DNA of 64,000 bases from assembly GCA_963805975.1 (NCBI GenBank), contig CAWDVR010000004.1, positions 160,001-224,000 of the forward strand, given 5' to 3'. This document shows positions 1-9,312 of the stretch, piece after piece. Positions within the stretch are counted from its first letter, which is position 1. Every line of letters begins with the position of its first letter. The translations under genes and the position numbers were made by a program. The DNA comes from an uncultured Acidobacteriota bacterium (GTDB lineage Bacteria; Acidobacteriota; Thermoanaerobaculia; Multivoradales; SZUA-115). The notes beneath the pieces were generated by a model. That model saw only the letters and a program-made list of their open reading frames with translations, had not been told where the DNA came from and ran no database searches.

Positions 1-2
1 CG

Positions 3-344
3 AAAGCGCTGCTCGCCGGCGGCATGATCCTCGTGCTCCTGCGATCCGCGCGCGGCCGGGACGCGGTCATGGCCACGGGCCAGCTCTTCGGCGGCCTGCT
101 GCTGCTGTGGTCGACCGTCTATCCCTGGTACCTGCTGTGGGTTCTCCCCTGGGCTGCCCTGGCCCGGCACCCCGCGTGGCTCGCGCTCTCGGGTCTCACC
201 CTGCTGAGCTACTGGGCCCGGGTGCAGCCCGCCGCCCAGTGGCCCTGGATCTATCTCGGGGTGTGGCTGCCTTTTTTCACTCTGCTCCTCCTCACCCGGC
301 GGGGCTGGGAGGCCCGGGAAGGCACGGCTGCCCATGGGGTCTGA
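3..344 (+). CDS. C-terminal part of a polytopic membrane protein, GT87/DUF2029-like glycosyltransferase (5' end outside window)
   Basis: Frame open from the window edge; hydrophobic; STVYPWYLLWVLP resembles the P-W-Y-x-x-W motif of GT87-like proteins. Confidence 0.55.
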   Translation, partial: KALLAGGMILVLLRSARGRDAVMATGQLFGGLLLLWSTVYPWYLLWVLPWAALARHPAWLALSGLTLLSYWARVQPAAQWPWIYLGVWLPFFTLLLLTRRGWEAREGTAAHGV

Positions 345-1131
345 CACCGCGAGCGCCGCGGTGACCTACCGGCTGACGCTCGGCTATCGCGGCACTGCAT
401 ACGCCGGCTGGCAGTGGCAGGCCAATGCCATGGCCGTGCAGCAGGTGGTCGAGGAGGCGCTGGCCGAGCTCGTCGGCCAGCCGGTGCGAGTCGTGGGCGC
501 CAGCCGGACGGATGCCGGCGTGCATGCTCGCGGGCAGGTCGCGCACCTGGTGCTGAGAGCGCCTTTCCCCGAACGCGGCCTGGTCCATGGTGCCAACCAC
601 CGGCTGCCGGAGGACGTGCGGGTGATCGCCGCGGCGCGCGCCCCCGACGGCTTCCACGCCCGGCGCATGGCGCGCTCGAAGCTCTATCGCTACCGGCTGG
701 TGCGCTGCCGCGTGCTCTCGCCGCTCGAGGCGCCGTTCGCCGCCCGCACCGATCAGCGCCTGGACGTCCAGCGCATGCAGGCGGCGGCGGAGCTGCTGGC
801 CGGGACCCACGACTTCTCGGCCTTTGCGCTCGCCGGCGGCGCACACCAGACCACCCGCCGGCGGATCTTCTCCGCGAGCTGGCGCGAAGAAGCCGAGGCC
901 CTCGAGCTGCTGATCGAAGGCGAGGGTTTCCTCCGGGGCATGGTGCGCTCGCTGGTGGGGACTCTGGTGGAGGTCGGCCGGGGCCGGCGCTCGGTGGCGA
1001 GCTTCGCCGAGCTCTTGACCGGCCGGCCGCGCGGCGAGGCCGGCCCCACGGCGCCGGCGCAGGGGTTGACGCTCGAGAAGGTGACTTACCCTGCCCGGTG
1101 GGGCGTCGGCGAGCCGCCGGCCGCGCGATAG
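334..1131 (+). CDS. truA: tRNA pseudouridine(38-40) synthase
   Basis: YxGxxYxGWQ, GASRTDAGVHA, GTHDFSAF, GFLRGMVR and TAPAQGL motifs. Confidence 0.97.
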   Translation: MGSDTASAAVTYRLTLGYRGTAYAGWQWQANAMAVQQVVEEALAELVGQPVRVVGASRTDAGVHARGQVAHLVLRAPFPERGLVHGANHRLPEDVRVIAAARAPDGFHARRMARSKLYRYRLVRCRVLSPLEAPFAARTDQRLDVQRMQAAAELLAGTHDFSAFALAGGAHQTTRRRIFSASWREEAEALELLIEGEGFLRGMVRSLVGTLVEVGRGRRSVASFAELLTGRPRGEAGPTAPAQGLTLEKVTYPARWGVGEPPAAR

Positions 1132-1194
1132 GCGTGTGGTAACTTACGCCGCCACAGCCATGGTCTACTCGCGCGGCCCGGCCGCGTTCGTCTC

Positions 1195-2013
1195 ATGAAG
1201 CGGCTGCTGACCGCCGCGATCGGCGTCCCGCTGGCGCTGCTGGCCGTCTTCCGTCTCGAATCGCTCGGCTTTTTCCTGGTCTGTGGCGTGGCCGTGGGAT
1301 GGGCGGCCGTCGAGCTCGTGGCCATCGCCCGCGCCTGGGCTCCGGGCGCGCCCCTGGGAGTGCTGCCGGTGCTCGCCCTCGGGCTCGCGGCCTTCCTGGC
1401 GCTGCCCCAGGTTCCCCACGACATCGCACCCCTCGCCTTCATGCTGGTGGGGGTGGCCCTCACCGTGGGTCTCGGAACGCTGGTGCTCCTCGCGAGGACG
1501 CCTCCGGGAGAGGTGCCGGCGGCGCTCGGCACGCTCGGCTACGGCACGCTGTATCTCGCGCTGCCGCTCGCCAGCGTGGTTCACCTCCAGCGTCAGGACC
1601 CGTGGCTCGTCTTCCTCCTGGTGACGATCGTCTGGCTGGGGGACACGGCCGCCTACTACGTGGGCTCGGCGTGGGGGCGCCATCGGATGGCGCCGGTGGT
1701 CAGCCCGAAGAAGACCTGGGAAGGGGCGGTGGCGGGTCTCGCCATCGGCCTCGTCTCGACCGTGGTGTGGAGCTACCTGCGCCTGGGCCGCTTCGAGCTC
1801 GCCGTGCTCGCGGCCGGCCTCGCGACGGCGATCGCCGCCCAGCTCGGCGATCTCGTCGAGTCGCTGTTCAAGCGCGCCTCGGGGATCAAGGACTCGGGCC
1901 GCGTGCTGCCCGGCCACGGCGGCCTGCTCGACCGCGCGGACGCTCTGCTGTTCGCCGGCCCGGTGCTCTGGTTGAGCTGGCTGGCGGCCCAGAGCGCCTT
2001 CGACGTGCGGTAG
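1195..2013 (+). CDS. cdsA: Phosphatidate cytidylyltransferase
   Basis: DTAAYYVG, SPKKTWEG, GDLVESLFKR..GIKDSG..LPGHGGLLDR motifs. Confidence 0.97.
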   Translation: MKRLLTAAIGVPLALLAVFRLESLGFFLVCGVAVGWAAVELVAIARAWAPGAPLGVLPVLALGLAAFLALPQVPHDIAPLAFMLVGVALTVGLGTLVLLARTPPGEVPAALGTLGYGTLYLALPLASVVHLQRQDPWLVFLLVTIVWLGDTAAYYVGSAWGRHRMAPVVSPKKTWEGAVAGLAIGLVSTVVWSYLRLGRFELAVLAAGLATAIAAQLGDLVESLFKRASGIKDSGRVLPGHGGLLDRADALLFAGPVLWLSWLAAQSAFDVR

Positions 2014-2129
2014 CAGGCCCCGGTGGTGGGGTATCGGGGCATTCTCGCTCTGTCCCCGGCCGCTCCGGTATAGTCCGGGCGGCGAGCCCGCGGCTCGCTC
2101 CACCCGCCCACCAACCCACGGAACTCCAG

Positions 2130-3425
2130 ATGGAATTGCTGCGAACCATCGTCGCCTTCACCTTCACCCTGGGCGTCATCATCTTCGTGCACGAGTTCGG
2201 GCACCTGATCGTGGCCCGCGCCTTCAACGTCCGGGTGCTGGCTTTCTCCCTGGGCTTCGGCAAGAGGATCTGGGGCTTCACCCGCGGCGAGACCGACTAT
2301 CGCCTCTCGCTCGTCCCCCTGGGCGGCTACGTCAAGCTCGGCGGCGAGCACGCCGAGGAAGCGTCGAGCGATCCGCGGGACTTCGTCAACCGGCCGCGCT
2401 GGCAGCGCATCCTGGTCTACCTGGCCGGCCCGGCCATGAACGTGCTGCTGGCGGTGGTGCTGGTGGCCGTGGTGTTCATGGTCGGGATCGAGCTCGAGCC
2501 GCGCAAGGTGCCGCCGGTGGTGGGCGCGGTCGAGCCCGGCTCGGCGGGAGAGCGGGCGGGCCTCGCGATGGGGGATCGCATCCTGGCGATCGCCGGGACG
2601 CCGGTCGCCCAGTTCCAGGACGTCAAGATGAAGGTCTTCGAGTCGCCCGAGAAGGCCCTGGCGGTCGACTACGAACGCGCCGGCGAGAAGCGATCGACCA
2701 CGTTGACTCCGGACAAGGAAGACCGCTACGGGTTCGGCGACGCCGGGCTCTGGGGCCCGGGCAAGGTGCGCGTGCACACGGTGGTCGCCGGTCAAGCGGC
2801 GGCGGCGGCCGGTTTCCAGGTGGGCGACGAGATCCTGAAGGTCGACCACCGGGCGGTGGTGGTGCAGCAGGAGCTCATCGACTACATCCGGGAGCACCCG
2901 GGCGAGGCCCTCGAGGTGGAGATCCAGCGGGGCGCCGCCCGCCAGACCCTCTCCGTGGTCCCCGAGGGCGAGAAGGGCTCGGCGGTGATCGGCATCCGGA
3001 TGACGCTGAGCTTCTACCAGCGTTATCCGCCCGGCCAGGCGATCGTCGAGAGCGTGTACTACAACGCCGATCTCGTGCGCCAGACGTTCAGCATCCTGGG
3101 CAAGGTGCTGACCGGCAGGGCGGCCGCCAAGAACAATCTTGCCGGCCCGATCGAGATCGCCGCGCTGAGCGGCGAGGTGGCGAGCCGGGGCTGGGTGGAC
3201 CTCCTCTTCTTCATGGGCTTCATCTCGATCTCGATCGCCATCGTCAACCTGCTGCCGATCCCGGTGCTCGACGGCGGCCAGATGACGATCCTGCTGGTCG
3301 AGAGCATCCTGCGGCGGGACCTGTCGCTGGTGGTCAAGGAGCGCTTGGCGCAGGCCGGCGTGGTGGTGATCTTCGCCCTGATGATCACCGTGATCTTCTT
3401 CGACATCCAGAAGCGGCTGCCGTGA
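2130..3425 (+). CDS. rseP: RIP metalloprotease RseP (site-2 protease with 2 PDZ domains)
   Basis: HEFGH, LGGYVK, AGPAMN and NLLPIPVLDGG motifs; start set at ATG 2130 (MELLRTIV) inside ORF 1299-3425. Confidence 0.95.
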   Translation: MELLRTIVAFTFTLGVIIFVHEFGHLIVARAFNVRVLAFSLGFGKRIWGFTRGETDYRLSLVPLGGYVKLGGEHAEEASSDPRDFVNRPRWQRILVYLAGPAMNVLLAVVLVAVVFMVGIELEPRKVPPVVGAVEPGSAGERAGLAMGDRILAIAGTPVAQFQDVKMKVFESPEKALAVDYERAGEKRSTTLTPDKEDRYGFGDAGLWGPGKVRVHTVVAGQAAAAAGFQVGDEILKVDHRAVVVQQELIDYIREHPGEALEVEIQRGAARQTLSVVPEGEKGSAVIGIRMTLSFYQRYPPGQAIVESVYYNADLVRQTFSILGKVLTGRAAAKNNLAGPIEIAALSGEVASRGWVDLLFFMGFISISIAIVNLLPIPVLDGGQMTILLVESILRRDLSLVVKERLAQAGVVVIFALMITVIFFDIQKRLP

Positions 3426-4228
3426 CCGTCGAGCCGCGCCAGCCGGGCAACGGAGGCCGGGCCGCCACCCTGCCCCGGCGCGCGGGCGCCCGGCTGCTCA
3501 AGGCGCTCGGCTACCTGGCCTACTTCGGCGCGCTCCTCTTTCTCTTCTTCGCCACCGCCTACTTCGCTTTCAACCTGTTCGTGAGGAGCGGCGTCACGCG
3601 CGCGCCGGACCTCGCCGGGCTGTCGCGCGAGGAGGCGATCGCCGCGCTCGAGGACCACGGCCTCGAGTGGGCGAGAACGGCCGGCGAGGGGCGCTACTCG
3701 GAGACCGTGCCGCTCGACCACGTGGTCACCCAGCAGCCGCCCGCCGGCAACCTGGTGAAACGCAGCAGCCGGGTGGCCGTGGCACTCTCGCTGGGGCCAC
3801 AGCGCACCACGGTGCCCGACGTGGAGGGCTTGGCGCTCTCCGCGGCGCAGTCCGCGGTGGTCGACGCCGGTCTCGAGGTGGGCCACGCGCTCGCCGTCTA
3901 TACCGAGCAGGGCCGCGCCGGCACCGTCTTCGAGCAGCGGCCCACCGCAGCCTCGACCGTGTCGCGCGAGACCAAGGTCGATCTCCTGGTGGCGCTCGCC
4001 AACCGCGAGCCGACCTACGTGATGCCGGACCTGGTGTACCGGAGCTACGGCGCCGTGCGGCACCGTTTCGAGGTGCAGGGCTTCCGCGTCGGGCAGCCCC
4101 GGTTCGAGCCCTACGAGGGGATTGCCGAGGGTGTTATCCTGCGGCAGGATCCGGCGCCGGGCCATCCGCTGTCCCGGCGCGCAGTGATCAACCTCGTGGT
4201 CGCCTCCGCCGGTCTGGCTGCCGAGTGA
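3422..4228 (+). CDS. Membrane-anchored PASTA-domain protein (about 3 PASTA repeats)
   Basis: N-terminal TM helix, then repeats of xPDlxG...V..Q.P..G typical of PASTA domains. Confidence 0.85.
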   Translation: MTVEPRQPGNGGRAATLPRRAGARLLKALGYLAYFGALLFLFFATAYFAFNLFVRSGVTRAPDLAGLSREEAIAALEDHGLEWARTAGEGRYSETVPLDHVVTQQPPAGNLVKRSSRVAVALSLGPQRTTVPDVEGLALSAAQSAVVDAGLEVGHALAVYTEQGRAGTVFEQRPTAASTVSRETKVDLLVALANREPTYVMPDLVYRSYGAVRHRFEVQGFRVGQPRFEPYEGIAEGVILRQDPAPGHPLSRRAVINLVVASAGLAAE

Positions 4229-4233
4229 TCCCC

Positions 4234-4899
4234 ATGCAGATCGCGCCCTCGATTCTCGCGGCCGACCTCGCCGACCTGGCGGGCGCTTTGCAAATCTGCG
4301 AGCGCGGAGGTGCCGACCTGATCCACGTCGACGTCATGGACGGCCATTTCGTGCCCAATCTGACCTTCGGCATCCCGGTGGTCAAAGCGCTGGCCGCGCG
4401 CACTCGCCTGCCGCTCGACGTGCACCTGATGGTTTCGAACCCGGACCGCCTGCTCGCGGACTACGTGGCTGCCGGTGCCGGGCGGGTGGCGGTGCACTGG
4501 GAAACGGCCCCCCATCTCGATCGCACCCTGGCGACGATCCGCGAAGCGGGGGCGAAAGCCGGCGTCGCCATCAACCCTGCCACCCCGGTCGAAGCGCTGA
4601 CCGATATTTTGCACACGACGGATTTCGTGCTCGTCATGTCAGTCAACCCCGGCTTCGCCGGCCAGAGCTTCCAGCCGCACGCCATCGAAAAGGTCCGCCG
4701 GCTGCGCAGCCTTCTCGAGCAGAGCGGCCGGCGGGTCGAGATCGAGGTCGACGGCGGTGTGGCGCCGGGCAATGTCCTCGAGCTGGCCCGCGCCGGCGCG
4801 GACTCGGTCGTCGTCGGTTCGGCGCTCTTCGGCAGCGCTGACCCGGTCGCTCTGATCGGCGAGCTGAGGAGCCGGGCCGCGGGCGCCCAAGCCGCCTAG
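4234..4899 (+). CDS. rpe: Ribulose-phosphate 3-epimerase
   Basis: IAPSIL, HVDVMDGHFVPNLTFG, DVHLM, MSVNPGFAGQ, EVDGG motifs. Confidence 0.97.
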   Translation: MQIAPSILAADLADLAGALQICERGGADLIHVDVMDGHFVPNLTFGIPVVKALAARTRLPLDVHLMVSNPDRLLADYVAAGAGRVAVHWETAPHLDRTLATIREAGAKAGVAINPATPVEALTDILHTTDFVLVMSVNPGFAGQSFQPHAIEKVRRLRSLLEQSGRRVEIEVDGGVAPGNVLELARAGADSVVVGSALFGSADPVALIGELRSRAAGAQAA

Positions 4900-4930
4900 C
4901 CGCGGAGCCAGAGGCCCACTGGAGAACGCT

Positions 4931-5776
4931 ATGAGAGCAGCCTTGTTTCGCACCTCGTGGTCGCTGGCGCTGCTGGCGGCGGTCGCCTTCGCCGGCTGCA
5001 AGGGGGGGAAGAAAGCCGATCCCATGCTCTCGTTGTCGGCGGCCGAGTCGCTGGCCCAGGGCAAAGAGCTCCTGGCCCAGGAGAAGTACCCGCGCGCGCG
5101 GCCGTTCCTGGTCCACGCCTTCGAGGTGGAGCCCAACTCGGCCACCGGGCGCGAGGCCCTGCTGCTCGCCGCCGACACCTTCTATCTCGAGGGCGGCAGC
5201 GGCAACTACGTCTCCGCCGAGGCCAAGTACCGTGACTTCCTGAACCGCTTCCCGACCTCCGAGCGCTCGGCCTACGCACAGTTCCAGGTGGCGAGCTCGC
5301 TCGCCAAGCGCATGGAGCGGCCCGACCGCGACCAGTCGATGACCCGCAAGGCCCTGGCGGCCTGCGAGGAGCTGCTGCGTCTCTACCCCACCTCGGAGTA
5401 TGCCGCGCAGGCGCGGGAGCAGATTCGCGTGGTGCGCGACAACTTGGCCGAGCACGAGCTGGTGGTCGGGCGCTTCTACCTACGCTACGGCATCCCGGTG
5501 GCGGCGGTCCAGCGGATGGAGTACCTGCTCGCCACCTACCCCGAGTACGGCGAGAAGGACAAGGCGTTCTTCTACCTCGGCCAGGCGTACCAGGAGGCGA
5601 GGCGAGGCGAAGAGGCCAACACCACCTTCGAGCGTCTGGAGCGCCAGTTCCCCGACAGCCCGTACATCAAGGAGATCCCCAAGGTGCGCGCCAACGCGCC
5701 CGCCGCCGACAAGGGGAAGAAGGACGAGAAGGCGGCGCCCGAGGTCGACAAGGCTCCGATCGAGGGCGGGCCGTGA
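4931..5776 (+). CDS. bamD: Outer membrane protein assembly factor BamD (lipoprotein, TPR)
   Basis: Lipobox FAGC; DRDQ..T..A...., YPTSEYA, LAEHELVVGRFY motifs. Confidence 0.9.
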   Translation: MRAALFRTSWSLALLAAVAFAGCKGGKKADPMLSLSAAESLAQGKELLAQEKYPRARPFLVHAFEVEPNSATGREALLLAADTFYLEGGSGNYVSAEAKYRDFLNRFPTSERSAYAQFQVASSLAKRMERPDRDQSMTRKALAACEELLRLYPTSEYAAQAREQIRVVRDNLAEHELVVGRFYLRYGIPVAAVQRMEYLLATYPEYGEKDKAFFYLGQAYQEARRGEEANTTFERLERQFPDSPYIKEIPKVRANAPAADKGKKDEKAAPEVDKAPIEGGP

Positions 5777-6546
5777 GACCCGGCGGGTTCGGGCGTCCCC
5801 TCCGGCTTGCCGGCGTCCTCGCCGCGATGCTCTCCTTCTCGGCCTGCGCCAGCAACCCTCTCTACCGCCGCGCCGAGGCTCCCGACGAGGTGGCCGCGCT
5901 CAAGGCCCGGGTCGTCGAGCTGCAGCGCCAGGTGACCGTGCACGAGATCGAGATTGCCCGGCTGCGGGAGAGGGTCAACGCGCTCGGCGGCCGGCCGGCG
6001 GCGGCTCCCCGCTCCACCGCGCCCCCTCCTCCGGCCTCGTCCATGCCGGAGCCGGAGGTCGTCACTCTCCCTCCCCCGGCCTCCTTCGAGGAGGATGACC
6101 TGGCCTCGGAGCCTGCCTTCGTCCCCGAGCCGGCCCGGCCGGCCTCGGCGGCACAGCCGCAGACGCCGGCGCCGCCCGAGGCCCAGGCCCTCTACGACTC
6201 CGGCTACAGCCTGGTGCAGCAGGGCCGTTACGCCGAGGCCGAGAGCCGGTTCCGGACCTTCCTCGATCAGCACGGCGACACCGAGCTGGCGGACAACGCC
6301 CTCTACTGGATCGGGGAGTCTCGCTACTCGCGAAACGACTACGCCGGAGCGCTCCCGGTCTTCCAGCAGGCCGTCGAGCGGTATCCACAGGGCAACAAGC
6401 TCGCCGATGCCCTGCTCAAGGTGGGTCTCTGCCTGGAAAAGCTCGGCGACCGGGTGGGCGCCCGAGACGTGCTCACCGAAGTGGCCCGCAGGTTTCCCGG
6501 CACCGCCGCCTCGGCCTCGGCGCAAGAGTTCCTGAGGACTCTCTAA
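5773..6546 (+). CDS. cpoB: Cell division coordinator CpoB/YbgF-like lipoprotein (coiled coil + TPR)
   Basis: Lipobox; coiled coil; LADNALYWIGESRY and K..DALLKVG TPR motifs. Confidence 0.85.
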   Translation: MRPGGFGRPLRLAGVLAAMLSFSACASNPLYRRAEAPDEVAALKARVVELQRQVTVHEIEIARLRERVNALGGRPAAAPRSTAPPPPASSMPEPEVVTLPPPASFEEDDLASEPAFVPEPARPASAAQPQTPAPPEAQALYDSGYSLVQQGRYAEAESRFRTFLDQHGDTELADNALYWIGESRYSRNDYAGALPVFQQAVERYPQGNKLADALLKVGLCLEKLGDRVGARDVLTEVARRFPGTAASASAQEFLRTL

Positions 6547-6625
6547 GCCCGGCCCTGGCTGGCCGAGGAGAGGCGCAGCGGTTCAAGCAACGCTTGAGGC
6601 GAGTCGGGCTAAAGCACTCTAAATC

Positions 6626-6654
6626 TTGACACTCGGGTCAAAACAGGGTAGCTT
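6626..6654 (+). promoter_or_regulatory. Putative sigma70 promoter for the LysM gene
   Basis: TTGACA (6626-6631), 17 bp spacer, TAGCTT (6649-6654) in an AT-richer intergenic gap. Confidence 0.6.
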
Positions 6655-6708
6655 GGCAAATAGAGACTTCAGTATAGGTCAGGCCTGCCTCCGAGGCGCG
6701 GCCCCCCG

Positions 6709-7923
6709 ATGCGTGGGAGGTTCCCTGCGATGATCCGACGGCCCTTTGTAGCCGCTGTCTCCTTGACTGTGTTGGCCTTGGCGAGCCCCTCGACGGCGGC
6801 GGACCGGCCCCCGGAGGATTTGCACCTGGTCGGCGATCACTGGACGGCCTGGTACCCACCTGCGCCGCCGCCAGACGCCCAGGTCTACATCATCGTTCCC
6901 GGCGACACGCTCTGGGATCTGGCGAGGAAGTTCTATGGCGACCCCTACCTCTGGCCGCAGCTCTGGGAACGCAATCAGTACATCCAGGACGCGCACTGGA
7001 TCTACCCTGGCGACCCCCTGGTGATCGGACCGCAGGCCGCGGCGGCGGAGAGCCTCGACACGGTCGATTTCGGCACCGAAGGAGAGGCGAGCGGATTGGA
7101 AGCCACCACCGACCCCGCGGCAGAGGACATCTCGCGCGAGGTGCAGCCCGTCGAAGTCGCGGCCGGCGCCCCGGTCCCCCTCGGCACCGAGTCCGACATC
7201 TACTGCACCGGCTACGTCGGCGATCTCGAGGAGTCGTTTCCCCACACCCTCGTGGGCTCCGAGTATGAAGCGCTCTCACCGCCTCTCGAAGGCGTGGGCA
7301 GGGCGCAAGGCCAGTACGGTTCCGCAGACACGGTCAAGTACGGGCTCGACACCGGCGACATCGTGTACGTGGACGGCGGTCGGGCCAGTGGCTTGGAGCC
7401 CGGCAGTCTGTTGACTATCGTCGTGCCCGGCAGGTCGATCACCCATCCGGTGACGAAGAAGGTCTTCGGCCGCCTCTATCGTTATACCGGCCGGCTGCGC
7501 ATCCTCTCGGTGCAGGAGGACACGGCGATCGCCGAGATCACGGCGACCTGCGATCCCATCACCGTGGGCTCGCGGCTCAAGACCTTCTTGCCGGAACCGG
7601 TGCCGCTCGCCAGCCGCACGGTGATGCGGCCCGTCAACTTCCCGTCACCGGCGTCGAGCCTGGCCGGTGCGCCGGTGATCCTCGGCGGCCACGAAGATCA
7701 GGTCGCGCTCGGTCAGGACAACGTGGTCTACATCGACCGCGGTGCCGACGCCGACGTGACTCCGGGCGACATCTACACCATCTACCGCCTGCACCCCAAG
7801 GGTTCGCCGCCGATCATCCTCGGCGAAGTCGCGGTGCTCTCCGTGCACGCACACTCCTCGATCGCCAAGATCATCGCTTCGCGCCATACCGTCTATCGCG
7901 GCGATCTCCTCGATCTCAAGTAG
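6709..7923 (+). CDS. Secreted LysM peptidoglycan-binding protein (TsaP-like); start may be 6730
   Basis: Signal peptide; GDTLWDLA..FYGDPYLWPQLW..N..I...HWIYPGD LysM variant; beta-rich C-terminal repeats. Confidence 0.8.
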   Translation: MRGRFPAMIRRPFVAAVSLTVLALASPSTAADRPPEDLHLVGDHWTAWYPPAPPPDAQVYIIVPGDTLWDLARKFYGDPYLWPQLWERNQYIQDAHWIYPGDPLVIGPQAAAAESLDTVDFGTEGEASGLEATTDPAAEDISREVQPVEVAAGAPVPLGTESDIYCTGYVGDLEESFPHTLVGSEYEALSPPLEGVGRAQGQYGSADTVKYGLDTGDIVYVDGGRASGLEPGSLLTIVVPGRSITHPVTKKVFGRLYRYTGRLRILSVQEDTAIAEITATCDPITVGSRLKTFLPEPVPLASRTVMRPVNFPSPASSLAGAPVILGGHEDQVALGQDNVVYIDRGADADVTPGDIYTIYRLHPKGSPPIILGEVAVLSVHAHSSIAKIIASRHTVYRGDLLDLK

Positions 7924-8053
7924 AGGAGAGCCGCCGCGGGAGCGGTGTCCGGCTAAGCGGAATGGTGTGGTATCCTGCTCGGGTCGAAATCACACCTGAG
8001 CAGGAGAGAGTTTCGTTGTCGAGCCCCCTAACCGGGAGAGCGAGGTGCGTGCG

Positions 8054-8326
8054 GTGGCGGAACAGAATCTCAACGGCAGCCTCTCGAAAATCGTCGATGA
8101 GCTGGTGCGGCGAGGCATCACGCTCGAGCAGGCGCGTCGCGAGTTCGAGAAGCAGTTCATCGTCGCGTCGTTGAAGTCGAACGACGGCAACGTCTGCCGC
8201 TCCGCGAAGTCGCTCGGTGTCCATCGCAACACGCTACGCAACAAAGTCTCCACGCTCGGGATCGCACCGGACGACATGCGCTCCCGAGGCCGCAAGCCCT
8301 CCCGCCGGCGCCTCGCGCAGCTCTGA
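8054..8326 (+). CDS. Stand-alone Fis-family helix-turn-helix protein
   Basis: FEKQFI..SL....GNV.RSAKSLGVHRNTLRNK is a Fis/HTH_8 signature. Confidence 0.88.
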   Translation: MAEQNLNGSLSKIVDELVRRGITLEQARREFEKQFIVASLKSNDGNVCRSAKSLGVHRNTLRNKVSTLGIAPDDMRSRGRKPSRRRLAQL

Positions 8327-8372
8327 TCTCCCCTCTCCGCGTAGACGCGGTTCCTGCCGGCGTATAGCACGC

Positions 8373-8387
8373 TGGCATAGAACTAGC
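8373..8387 (+). promoter_or_regulatory. Putative sigma54 (-24/-12) promoter upstream of the lytic transglycosylase gene
   Basis: TGGCAT-AGAAC-TAGC, GG-N10-GC spacing. Confidence 0.55.
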
Positions 8388-8552
8388 AGTTGATCTTCCT
8401 CTATGCGAATGGGGGCCGCCCGGGGCATTTTCCGCGGCGGCGACACAAAACCTCCAGACCGGCCCCTCGGCGCCCTCGTGTGCCGAAAATGCAGCGCCTT
8501 CCCGCCTTAATGGCCGGCCTGGAGCAAAAGATCCGCGGAGGAAACGTGGACC

Positions 8553-9305
8553 ATGATCAAGAACACCGCGCGTGTGCCTTTGCTGGCCGCCGTGACCCTT
8601 TGTTCCCTGGCAATCGCTCTCTCTTCCTCTCCCTCGATCCCGTCGGTACGCGACCTCACCTGGAAGCAAGCGCTTGACCTCGATGCGTTTCTGGGAGCCA
8701 TGGATCGCCCCTACCCGCCAAGCGTCCCGGTGCAGGAGTTTCACCTGGTGGAGGAGGGCACCCTGTCCTCGGTCCTGACGCAGGAGCAGCAGGCCTTCGA
8801 GCTCTTCGGGCCCGGGGGAAAGCAGGCGGTCCGTGCGAAGCTGCCGCAGGAGACCCCTTTTCGGGCGGCCATCGAGCGCACCGCGGAGCGCCACGGTCTC
8901 GACAGCCGGTTGCTGGCGGCAGTGGTGGAAGCGGAGTCGAACTTCAACCCCAGGGTGGTCTCGCCCCGCGGCGCGGTGGGCTTGACGCAGGTGATGCCGA
9001 GGACCGCCCTCCACACGAGCCGTGGCCCCGTGACCGATCTTCACGACCCGGACGTGAACCTAGATGCCGGCGCCCGCTATCTGCGCCTGCTCCTCGACCA
9101 GTATGAAGGCAACACGGAGCTGGCCTTGGCCGCCTACAACGCGGGCCCTGGCAACGTGGCTCGCTTTCGCGGCATGCCGCCGTTCAGCGAGACCCGCTTC
9201 TACGTGCGCAAGGTGATGGGGCTTTACGAGCGGCACCAGCAGAGCAGTCAGAGCGGCGTGCGCTTGGAGACTGCCGAGCCGTCACTCACGCTCGGCGCTC
9301 GCTGA
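8553..9305 (+). CDS. Lytic transglycosylase (SLT domain)
   Basis: ES..NP..VS..GAVGLTQVMP, N..GA.YL, ALAAYNAGPG, ET..YV motifs; signal peptide. Confidence 0.93.
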   Translation: MIKNTARVPLLAAVTLCSLAIALSSSPSIPSVRDLTWKQALDLDAFLGAMDRPYPPSVPVQEFHLVEEGTLSSVLTQEQQAFELFGPGGKQAVRAKLPQETPFRAAIERTAERHGLDSRLLAAVVEAESNFNPRVVSPRGAVGLTQVMPRTALHTSRGPVTDLHDPDVNLDAGARYLRLLLDQYEGNTELALAAYNAGPGNVARFRGMPPFSETRFYVRKVMGLYERHQQSSQSGVRLETAEPSLTLGAR

Positions 9306-9312
9306 TGCAGGG

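Noticed and set aside
8439-8492. Resemblance to a c-di-GMP-I/GEMM riboswitch (GACACAAAACCTCC ... TGCCGAAA)
   Set aside because: The upstream GGCAAAC/GNRA-tetraloop stem and its receptor are absent; kept only as an unclassified structured leader
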